DNA from: Paraspadella gotoi
Lineage: Eukaryota; Animalia; Chaetognatha
Reading direction: 5' to 3'
Assembly (NCBI GenBank): GCA_051294375.1
Contig: CM119266.1
Location: 21,829,875 to 21,893,874, forward strand
DNA length: 64,000 bases
The notes beneath the pieces are model-generated. The model was given only the letters and a program-made list of their open reading frames with translations. It did no database searches and had not been told where the DNA came from. Numbering within the stretch: position 1 is the first letter of the stretch; every line of letters begins with the position of its first letter. Both the position numbers and the translations under genes were made by a program. Positions 46,004 through 54,963 of this stretch are shown in pieces.

Positions 46004-47178
46004 TTTACAGAAACGTCCCCGCCGCGTCGACCACGACTACAGTTACTGTAACTTCTACCGCAGACGCAGCAAGAGCTGCTGTCAATATCTGTCCTGTTGC
46101 TTCTCATATCCAACCGGTTACTCTGGCTTCCACCTTTTATACGTCGATTTCTCCGTCCTTCCTTCCGACCAAAACCTGGCTTCCTCTCCGCGAGGTTGTC
46201 AATCCTCTTTATCACTCTCGCCTCGTCCGCGCCTTTTTTAAAACCAAAGCCGCCATCGTTTCCGTGACGCCCGACCTGACGACCCTGGACCCTCGCCACC
46301 TCATCGCGCTGAGCTGCAAGTCTTGTTCCGTCTCGATTCCGTCGTGCGCCTTCGTGACCGGCGACGAAGACCAATGTCGACGCCAGGGTCGTTTTCGCTG
46401 CTTGGAATTCGAAAGATTATTTCCGCCGGTCGACGATGCTTTTTTATCTGACGACGCCGTCGAATACGTCGATGATATTTTCGATCCGACGTGCGAAGAG
46501 GAAAATGACCCCGTAATCGCCGAGCCAGTCTCCTCCGGTCCGGGTCCCATGATCGACCTGCGCATCGCTCCTCCGGACAGCGATTCCGATTCGGAACAGA
46601 TCGGCGTCACGTCCTCCTCCATCAATGTCACGTTGGCGTCAAATCCCCGCGACTCACAGCCTCTTGTTTCCGGCGAAGTTCAATCGGAACAACCCGACGC
46701 GTTCGACGTTGTTCTCGATAAAGTCCTCGCCGATCTTCGCTACACTCTTCCTAACGTTCGAGGGAGCGTTCTTTTCTGTCCTCGATGCGCCAACAACTCG
46801 GGTTGCGTCAAAGGCGCCTCATTGTTGACGTCCAACGGCGCTCAAAACGCATTTTCCTCTCCTTTCGACTTTTCCCCGATTGTGGTTCCTCTTACATTTT
46901 CCATCGTCGATGAGACGGGATACCTAAAGAGCGTCGAGGCCTCGTCCTCATTCTTCGCTTTGTCACTTCGGAGTCACCTCAACTCGACCATCGATACGGC
47001 GGCGGCGCTGAGAGACGTTTCGGGTTTCGTCATGAACCTCGATCACGCTCTAAAATACCTGGAGAGAAGGACCAAGGCGGGACGCCCGATTTATTTGGAT
47101 TTTGGTATTTTAAGAGAAAAGGTTGAGGAAGGCTTTCGTTTCCAGACAGTCTCTACGGAATTTTCGTGCCTTACTTGA
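43015..47178 (+). CDS. POT1: Protection of telomeres 1 (POT1)-like, extended; 2 exons (43015-45521, 46011-47178)
   Basis: OB1 (YKYTPLNAL..VVNVFGVV..LPRIEQRGDVVRLHRVRIQ) and OB2 (YFDLCCQV..LRVWDGT..VDVVVWENH..PGSFVLFRNLH). The C-terminal region has two CxxC motifs. The phase-2 intron splices in frame. Confidence 0.82.
45554..45787 (-). ncRNA. Unassigned ~235-nt structured repeat, copy 2, inverted relative to copy 1, in the POT1 intron
   Basis: Its reverse complement matches 34933-35167 at roughly 89% by hand alignment. Confidence 0.55.
45945..46003. repeat. (TAA)n microsatellite directly upstream of the POT1 intron acceptor
   Basis: A long run of aat/taa units ending at aattttacag. Shorter runs occur at ~3045-3070 and ~49267-49298. 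Confidence 0.9.
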
Positions 47179-47486
47179 TTTATTATGTGATTGTTCTGAT
47201 TTTTTTCCCATGTATGTATATCACTACGTGCCACAAGGAGGAAAGTGTCTTCCTTTCATTGCGAAAGTAAATTTGAAAATAAGTAAATCCGGAAAGCAAT
47301 AGAATGCTTTTGTTTACAGTTGTTTTCTTTATCTGCTCGATATTTTCATTGGCAAACACAAAACAGGCAAAATGTACGGTTTCTAAATCAACAAAGGAGC
47401 ATATCGGTCCCGCTCCAATTTCAAAAACAAATATTTTACGAGATAAGGATTTTTTCCTAAAATTTATTTTGAACTCGGGACTCGAC

Positions 47487-49566
47487 ATGGATTTGGCGAA
47501 AACCGTGGCCTCTCAGGCCGGTCTCGAGTTGTTCCGCGCCACCTTGGCGACGAAGGGAAGCAAAGACAACGTCTTCATTTCAAGTTACAGTATCTTGAAC
47601 GCCGTCACTACGCTTCTGCTTTCGACAAAGGAAAAATCTCGGGAAGAGATCGAATCGTTTTTGGGAATTTGTGGAAAAGCGGAGGAGTTTATCAACGGGT
47701 AAATACTAAATACTCCTAATATTAGTTATTAGTAATATTTATTAGTAATTTAAAAAAAAAATTTTTTTCTCCCTCCCGAATTAGTTTCGCGGAACTCGTT
47801 GTCGCTTTCGAACTTCCGTCCCTTTCCTGCGCCAACCGCCTCTTCTGCCACACCGACTTGCGCCTTCTTCCCGATTGCCAACGCCTTTCATCCATTGCAG
47901 TGATTGACTTCCGGCAGCCAGATGCCGCAAAAGACGAGATCAACGGTTGGGTCAGCGAACGCACGCGCGGCCTTGTGCCCAGCCTCTTGGACTCGCCTCC
48001 GGATTCCGACACCGGCGTTTTCGTTGCCTCGGCCGCCCATTTTAAGGCGGCCTGGAAATGTCCATTCGAGGCCCACTCTACCTACCCGGGAACTTTTTTC
48101 CTGACGGAGGAAGAAACTTGCACGTGCGACATGATGATGACAAAGGCGAAAAAGGTATAGTGCCTAAAAGTGATAGTTTTCTGAATTGTATTATGAAATT
48201 GGTACAACCAATATAAAAATTATCCATTCATTTAATAAATAAGCTATCTTGCCCCTGACTTTGGACAGGCTTTGGTGGTTTAAGGCCTCCATCACTCTTA
48301 CAAGATAATTACATAGCAGGTCCCTGCAAGCTTTCAATCAAGACTCTCTCACAGTCTCGTTTATTCACTCCTAGAGTATGTACTTTAGTCCAAAAATGAA
48401 TATTTCTTTAACGATTTTTTCGTTTTAGGACTCTGGAATTCGCACTGGTAATTCGGATGCGTTGCATTACCGGCTGCTCTTGCTGCCCTACGAGTCAGAC
48501 TTCTCCTTTCTCATTCTGTCTCCCTTCGTCCACGGCGATCTGGCTTCGATTGAGTCCAAGTTGTCCTGGGAGACGCTGAAGGCAGAAATGGACACGCTGC
48601 AGTCGGCCGTCGGATTCGAGCTTCACCTTCCCAAATTCGGTGTCGAGTTCGACGCTGATTTGAAAGGAGTTTTGACTAGCCTCGGCGTGCAGTCGATCTT
48701 TGAAAGAGAGGTAAATACCTAAATTACGACATTACTCCGACATATATACTGAAGTTTTTATCGTTATTACTTACAAAAAACCAAAAACCAATTTTCATGT
48801 TTGTTTTAGTCGGCAAATCTTGGTGGAATGCTGGAAAGGCCAGACGCGTTCGTATCGAAGGCTGTCCACAAAGCAGTGGTCAAGGTCGACGAGGCCGGGA
48901 CAGAAGCAGCCGCTGCCACGGGCTTTTCAATCGCTATGATGTGCGTAATTATTTAACCTCATTATTAATAAAAAAATCCTTTTTTTAAATCGTGAATCAC
49001 ATTAACTACAGAAGTCTTCATTAAATAAAATCATGATTATTTATACGGGCGATGCAAAAAGAACTATCCTTGCGATTTTTTTATATTTAACTCCTGAGCA
49101 GAGACACAGCATGAAAAAATTGCATTCTGAATTTTTACTCTGGCTAGGGTCAGTTGTAATAAATTTCCTATTTTAGAACGTAATCTCTATCCTACCCTGA
49201 GATTGAAGAGGGTATCCCTTCATTTAAAAACTGACATTGGTAAAATTTATATTTTGTAAAAAGCAAAAATAATAATAATAATAATGATAATAATAATAAA
49301 AACCCAGATTCTCCCCGAGTTCTTTTTGTATAGCCTTAGAGATCTGAAAGACAAAATTTCTTAGTTTTGTCCAGGAGTTTGCTTGGGGTCGATTTTTGGC
49401 TCTAAAAAACTCGCATGAGTTTATAATATGAAGTCTTCTGCACAGGTGCTTACCTCCGCGAATTGTGGTCAATTCTCCTTCCTTGTTCTTCATCATTCAC
49501 TCGACGAGCAAAACGCCCATTTTTATGGGCCGACTTGCAAGGCCACCGGCCGCGACCGAGAAGTAA
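47487..49566 (+). CDS. Serpin, 5 exons (~47487-47698, 47785-48154, 48430-48710, 48810-48940, 49446-49566)
   Basis: NVFISSYSI, EINGWVSERTRG, HFKAAWKCPF, LHLPKF and the hinge VHKAVVKVDEAGTEAAAATG. The reactive centre loop (RCL) reads FSIAMM-CLPP, and the last exon reads VNSPSLFFII..PIFMGRL. Confidence 0.88.
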
Positions 49567-49863
49567 AAATGATACAAAAGAAGATTTTCAATTTTTACAC
49601 CCGAGAAATGGACGATCAATCAAATCTATCTATCTATTCTTTTTCGGATTGAATTTACAATTTACACTAGACGATGCGCTACATTTAAAAATAAATATTA
49701 AAATTATTTGGTTATTAATTTTGTTACTGGTTGATTTTTAGTAATTTTAACTGATGTGATCTAGTCAATATAATCTACGTATATTGTATAGTATTATTTT
49801 TTTACAAAGTAGCAACTAAAACAATTTTTGCGAGGGAGAAACTTTAATTTCGATGAGGGGAAG

Positions 49864-52800
49864 ATGTCCACGAAGAAGAGATCTCTCAACACTGCGCAAG
49901 AGACGCTTCAAAAACGTGCGCGGAAAAATGAGGTCGATAGCGACGACGAGGTCGAACTTGGTCCAGATTCTTTGTATAGCGACGACGAAAATGAGAACGA
50001 GGGTCAAACTGGCATCATCGAAAAGATTTGCCTCAAGAACTTCATGTGCCACACTGCGCTCGACATTAATCTTAACAGAAACGTCAATTTTATCGTCGGC
50101 CGAAACGGCAGCGGAAAGAGCGCCGTCATGACCGCCCTCGCTGTCGGCCTCGGCGGTCGGGCCCGGGACACGTCGAGAGGATCCTCCGTCAAGGGTTTCA
50201 TCAAAGCAGGAAAACCTTTTGGGGAAGTGAGCATTAAACTTTCCAACACTGGCAACGACGCTTACAAGCGCGACGTTTTCGGCGAAAGCATCGTTATAGA
50301 AAGACGATTCACGCAGTCAACATCTGGTTACAAACTTAAGTCCGCGGCGGGGCAGACGGTATCGACGAAGAGCGAAGAAGTCAGTCGGCTGTTGGACCAC
50401 TTTAACATCCAAGTCGATAATCCCATCTGCATGCTGAATCAAGATACTTCGAGAAACTTTCTCTTCAGTAAAAAACCCGAAGACAAGTACAAGTTTTTTC
50501 TCAAGGCGACAGAGCTGGAGAAAATGCAGTCGGAATACGAAGCGGCGGCGGTGAGTCACGATGAGTCGATGAGGTTTATTCAGAGTAAGAAAGAGTCCTT
50601 GCCGCATCTCGAGTCCGAGTTGAAGGTGTGGGAGAAAAAGGCCAAAGCCTTCACCTCCATCGACGAGTTAAAGGCCAAAGTTCACACACTCAAAAACGAA
50701 CTCGTTTGGACTCTGGTAAACCAGGACGAAAAGAAGCTGCAAGAGTTAAATCGCGGACTGAAGGAAGCGGAGGGCCGAAGACCCGCTCACGTTAAAAAGG
50801 TACAGGAATCCGAGGAGAAGCATAAAAGCGCCCTCGAAAAGAAGAAGGCCTTGGAAGCGAAAGTCGGAAGCGTCGCCAGGTGTCGGGACGAATTCGACGT
50901 CAAACTGAGAGATTTAACCAAGAACAAAAACGCTGCCCTGTCAGAGAAGAACAAGGCGGAGACAAACGTCCGCTATTCCTCCCGAGACATCGACCAGTTG
51001 CAACGCGACGTCAAATTGTTGGACGACAGAATTAAAACTATTCTTGAACAGAACAACAAAGATTACTCGGAAGACAAGAGAAAGAGGGAACAAGAAATCG
51101 AAGCGTTGGAGTCTCGGATCAACGAAACGAAAGCTCAAATGACGACCAATGAAAATCTGTTGGAACAGTTTAACCGAGCGGTTACCAAATACAAGGAAGA
51201 TATTTACAATCTCCAACGCGATCACAACGAGAAAAGCTCGACCATTCGAAATCTTAAGTCGGAGATTACCAAGTTTAAAAATTCCAAAAACGACAAATGG
51301 GCGCGTTTCGGTGATTGGGTTCCTAAAGTAAAGAGCGACATTCAAACTGCTCTTCGACGAGGAGTTTTCCGTTCGGAACCAAAAGGACCAGTTGGGGCTT
51401 ATTTGGAGCTCAAGCACGAAGAATATTCCCTCAGCATCGAAGCTTGTTTAGGGGGATTGATGACCACGTGGGTTGTCGACAACGCCAAGGATCTTGTTGA
51501 ACTGGAAAAGTTAATGCGTCGTCACACCCCGCGGCTCCCAAATCTTTCCGTTTCAAAGTATTTAGATCGACGCCACGACGTTTCGCGTTTTCAAGCGGAT
51601 AACTCTACTTACCCATGTCTCTTTGATCTTATTAAAGTCAATGATCCAGTCATTTTCAACTTTCTCGTCGACGCTCGAGGGGCAGAAAACGTTCTCTTTA
51701 TCCTTGACTCGGACGAGGCTCGTCCAATCCTTCAACGCAATCCGCCACAAAACTGCAAAGAATGTTTCACTCGTGCCGGGGATCAAATCTTTGCCGGCGG
51801 GGAGGGTGGTAACTATCGCTACTACTCGGCGGAAGCCAACGGCAGAGTACGCTTCCTCGTCGCTGATCACTCTGCAGCGGTGGCCGTGATGGAGCAGGAG
51901 CAGCGCCGGCTCGAGGCGGAAGCCGAGACGATCGCTCAGTCGTTGCGCGCCGTACAGGCGGAAATGGAGAGTAACAAACGGGAAAAGTTCAAGCACGATC
52001 AGCACATGACTCGTCTTAGGCAAAACCTGGCCAAGATTCAGACGGAGTGGACGGACTTGCGCGCAGTCGAAGACCCGATGCCCATCGACGTCACGACTCT
52101 GCGTGAGGATCTAGATAATCTTACCTCGGAAATTGGAAAGAAAAAAGAGGTAAAGGCCGAATGGGAAGAGAAATTAAGCGTGCTTTCCACGCGCGCCGCC
52201 GATGCGCAAGCCAAGTTTGACGAGGTGCAGACGAAGCTCCTCGATTTGGTGACCAACAGCGAGAACGACGCTCTTGAACTCAATGGAATCCTGAGCGACT
52301 TGCCCCGACTGCAGTCGAACATATCGCACTACATGGCAAAGATGGATCAACTGGAAGAGGATGTGCGGAATAAAACCGAGGAACGCGATCGACAGAAGGA
52401 ATTGGTCGACGAGAGAGTGGGGAAGGCGGGGACGGTTTGTCCGCGGATGAGAGCCAAGCGAACACCGGACCACCTTAAGTCGGAGATCGTGCAAATCGAG
52501 AAACGCATAGAGTCGGAAGAAGAGATTCACGGCGACAAGGAGGTCGTCCTTCAGAGCTACCGAGAGAAAAAAGCTCACGTTGAGGACATTAAGAGCAAAA
52601 TTGCGGGACTATCTCACTTCGCCGGCGTTTTCAACGAAATCATGAGCAACCGCAGGGAGAACCATAATCTCTTCAAACACATGCTGGCCCAACGGATTCG
52701 CGCCTTTTTCGCGAACATGCTGGAACAGCGCCAGTATCGGGGACAGTTGAAATTCGATCACGACAAACATACGCTCGACATTCATGTGCAGCCTCAGGCG

Positions 52801-53145
52801 GATGCTTCCCAGCAAGGAGACATGCGTCAACTCTCTGGCGGAGAGAGGTCTTTCAGTACAGTCTGCTTCGTACTGTCGCTTTGGGAGGCTATGGAATCCC
52901 CTTTTCGCTGCCTGGATGAGTTCGACGTTTTTATGGATAACGTGAACCGCGCCATCGCCATGCAGATGATGATTCACACCACAGAGAAGCACAAGGAACA
53001 ACAGTTTATCTTTCTCACTCCTCTCGATATGTCGCACCTAGGAGGGAAGACGGGACTCAAGATTTTCAAGATGCCTGATCCAGAGAGAGGGCAGACAACG
53101 CTTGATTTTAAGAAAAAAGACGAAGATAACAACAACGAACATTAG
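49864..53145 (+). CDS. SMC6: Structural maintenance of chromosomes protein 6, intronless
   Basis: LKNFMCH, Walker A GRNGSGKS, QVDNPICMLNQDTSRNFL and a hinge domain. Signature LSGGERSFSTVCF and Walker B FRCLDEFDVFMD are SMC6-type. Confidence 0.95.
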   Translation: MSTKKRSLNTAQETLQKRARKNEVDSDDEVELGPDSLYSDDENENEGQTGIIEKICLKNFMCHTALDINLNRNVNFIVGRNGSGKSAVMTALAVGLGGRARDTSRGSSVKGFIKAGKPFGEVSIKLSNTGNDAYKRDVFGESIVIERRFTQSTSGYKLKSAAGQTVSTKSEEVSRLLDHFNIQVDNPICMLNQDTSRNFLFSKKPEDKYKFFLKATELEKMQSEYEAAAVSHDESMRFIQSKKESLPHLESELKVWEKKAKAFTSIDELKAKVHTLKNELVWTLVNQDEKKLQELNRGLKEAEGRRPAHVKKVQESEEKHKSALEKKKALEAKVGSVARCRDEFDVKLRDLTKNKNAALSEKNKAETNVRYSSRDIDQLQRDVKLLDDRIKTILEQNNKDYSEDKRKREQEIEALESRINETKAQMTTNENLLEQFNRAVTKYKEDIYNLQRDHNEKSSTIRNLKSEITKFKNSKNDKWARFGDWVPKVKSDIQTALRRGVFRSEPKGPVGAYLELKHEEYSLSIEACLGGLMTTWVVDNAKDLVELEKLMRRHTPRLPNLSVSKYLDRRHDVSRFQADNSTYPCLFDLIKVNDPVIFNFLVDARGAENVLFILDSDEARPILQRNPPQNCKECFTRAGDQIFAGGEGGNYRYYSAEANGRVRFLVADHSAAVAVMEQEQRRLEAEAETIAQSLRAVQAEMESNKREKFKHDQHMTRLRQNLAKIQTEWTDLRAVEDPMPIDVTTLREDLDNLTSEIGKKKEVKAEWEEKLSVLSTRAADAQAKFDEVQTKLLDLVTNSENDALELNGILSDLPRLQSNISHYMAKMDQLEEDVRNKTEERDRQKELVDERVGKAGTVCPRMRAKRTPDHLKSEIVQIEKRIESEEEIHGDKEVVLQSYREKKAHVEDIKSKIAGLSHFAGVFNEIMSNRRENHNLFKHMLAQRIRAFFANMLEQRQYRGQLKFDHDKHTLDIHVQPQADASQQGDMRQLSGGERSFSTVCFVLSLWEAMESPFRCLDEFDVFMDNVNRAIAMQMMIHTTEKHKEQQFIFLTPLDMSHLGGKTGLKIFKMPDPERGQTTLDFKKKDEDNNNEH

Positions 53146-53284
53146 AAAAACAAAAAAGCGAAATTAACTGTGATAAAAATACATTGTTAGTCTATTGTTA
53201 GTCTATTTCAATTGATCTTTTGAATTTTATTTTAAAAATGTTATCAACTGTTAAAACCTTTATTTTTAGAGAAAATGCTGCATC

Positions 53285-54778
53285 ATGGATTTTCAAACGG
53301 TTCTCAAAACGAGACTAGAAAAGATAATTTATCTTTTAAACGCTTACGATTGGCTCCTCGACTCGTTCGTCGTAGAATTCTTCACGGACAAACATTGGGA
53401 CAAATTACCTCCCAAGTGGCAGTCAGCCTTGGGAGACATTTCCGGTCCAGAGATTTTAGGGAAGCTACTCGACCCCGCCTCCCCGCTGGTTATTCCGTCC
53501 CCGAAAAAGGACGAGCCTCCTGGAAACCCTTGGCCACTTTCCCTTTTGGCTTTTCGTGGCGCCTGCCACGCCCTCGCGCTTCCGCGGTCAAGCAAGGATC
53601 GTCTTGAGAATCCGACGAATCCAAAAGTTATTCAATACACCGACGAGATTGATCACTTGTATAGAAAACACGTCAAACCCAAGAAGCAGCACGAAATAGT
53701 TCGACTGGCTAAGCTCATCGATGAAGTATCGCGGGCCAGCGATTCCGGTCACGTGATAGATTTCGGTGCCGGCAAGGGTCACCTGTCCCGTTTGCTAAGC
53801 TACATCTACGGCAAACGCGTCACTTGTATTGAGGCCGAGGATGGATTTTCCTGCGGCGCGCGGAAATATGACGACGAAGTTGTGAAGGGGTTAAGGAAGA
53901 AAAAGCAGAGACAATCTCACGATGTCGACGAGACGAGCCTTCGAACCGACCTTCAGCCTCGGCACATCACCCTCAAGCTGCATCCAGATATATCGGCTTC
54001 TGAGTTCGGCGACGCTGTGCGATACGACGCGACGACGCTGTCTTCCGATTCCGATGCGACTTCGGTGATGTTGCCGTCGAAAAGGCCGAAGGAAGACGAC
54101 TCCCTCGTAATTGCGGGTCTTCATGCCTGCGGGGATTTATCCACCGCTATGCTGCGTCTCTTCGTCCAATCCCCCTCCGCCGTCGGCCTCGTCTCCGTCG
54201 CCTGCTGCTACATGAAACTGTCCGAACGCGCGGGCGCCTCCTGTAAACACTCGCAGGACGCCGTCGGATATCCGATGAGTCGCGCTGCCGCTGCCTTTCC
54301 GAAGCATCGACTCAGCTACGAGGCGAAAGAGTTGTCCTGTCACGCGCTAGAAGTGTACTCCGATCGTCTCAAAGAAGAACTTCCTCGATTGCGCGTTCAT
54401 TGTCACCGCGCGGCTTTGGAGGTGCTCATTCGTGAAGTTGCGCCTCACCTCGTAAAACCCCAAGTTCGGGGTGGCAAGAAGCTGGCATCTATGCATTTTT
54501 TCGAATACGCCCAAGTCTCCATGAGCAAATTAGGTCTTGATTGTAACCTCTCGTCCGAAAAGCGTCTCGAGGTGGCGGCCATGTTGGAAGATTGGCGATC
54601 CGTCGTGGTTCATTACACGTTACGTCTCTTGATGGCGCCGCTCGTTGAATCCTGCATCTTGCTCGACCGATTGCTCTATCTCGCCGAAAACGGCGTCCGG
54701 AGAGCATGGATCGAGCCAATTTTTGAACCTCGCGTTTCGCCGAGAAACTTTGCTATCGTCGCTTTGAAGAATAAATAA
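53285..54778 (+). CDS. RRNAD1: Methyltransferase-like RRNAD1/METTL25B, intronless
   Basis: KHVKPKKQHEI, VIDFGAGKGHLSR, GLHACGDLS..LRLF, CCYMKL, LAPLVES.ILLDR-type segment and IFEPRVSPRN. Confidence 0.88.
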   Translation: MDFQTVLKTRLEKIIYLLNAYDWLLDSFVVEFFTDKHWDKLPPKWQSALGDISGPEILGKLLDPASPLVIPSPKKDEPPGNPWPLSLLAFRGACHALALPRSSKDRLENPTNPKVIQYTDEIDHLYRKHVKPKKQHEIVRLAKLIDEVSRASDSGHVIDFGAGKGHLSRLLSYIYGKRVTCIEAEDGFSCGARKYDDEVVKGLRKKKQRQSHDVDETSLRTDLQPRHITLKLHPDISASEFGDAVRYDATTLSSDSDATSVMLPSKRPKEDDSLVIAGLHACGDLSTAMLRLFVQSPSAVGLVSVACCYMKLSERAGASCKHSQDAVGYPMSRAAAAFPKHRLSYEAKELSCHALEVYSDRLKEELPRLRVHCHRAALEVLIREVAPHLVKPQVRGGKKLASMHFFEYAQVSMSKLGLDCNLSSEKRLEVAAMLEDWRSVVVHYTLRLLMAPLVESCILLDRLLYLAENGVRRAWIEPIFEPRVSPRNFAIVALKNK

Positions 54779-54963
54779 TTTGCAATGAACCGCGGAAAAT
54801 GCAGTTAAAGAAAAGGAGACTCCAAAAAATAGCGCGTTTATTTTATTTCTATTTTTTTAGCTTTTTATCTTTTCTCAAGGAGACTTAGCACGTTGAGTTT
54901 AGACTTAGAGACTACAATTGTTATTCATTAAACTTAGGAATTTAAAAATATCGCGATCCGGGG

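Noticed and set aside
45924-46241. Poly-Ile/poly-Leu ORFs (also 3039-3380 and 45862-46374)
   Set aside because: Artefacts of intronic (TAA)n microsatellites.
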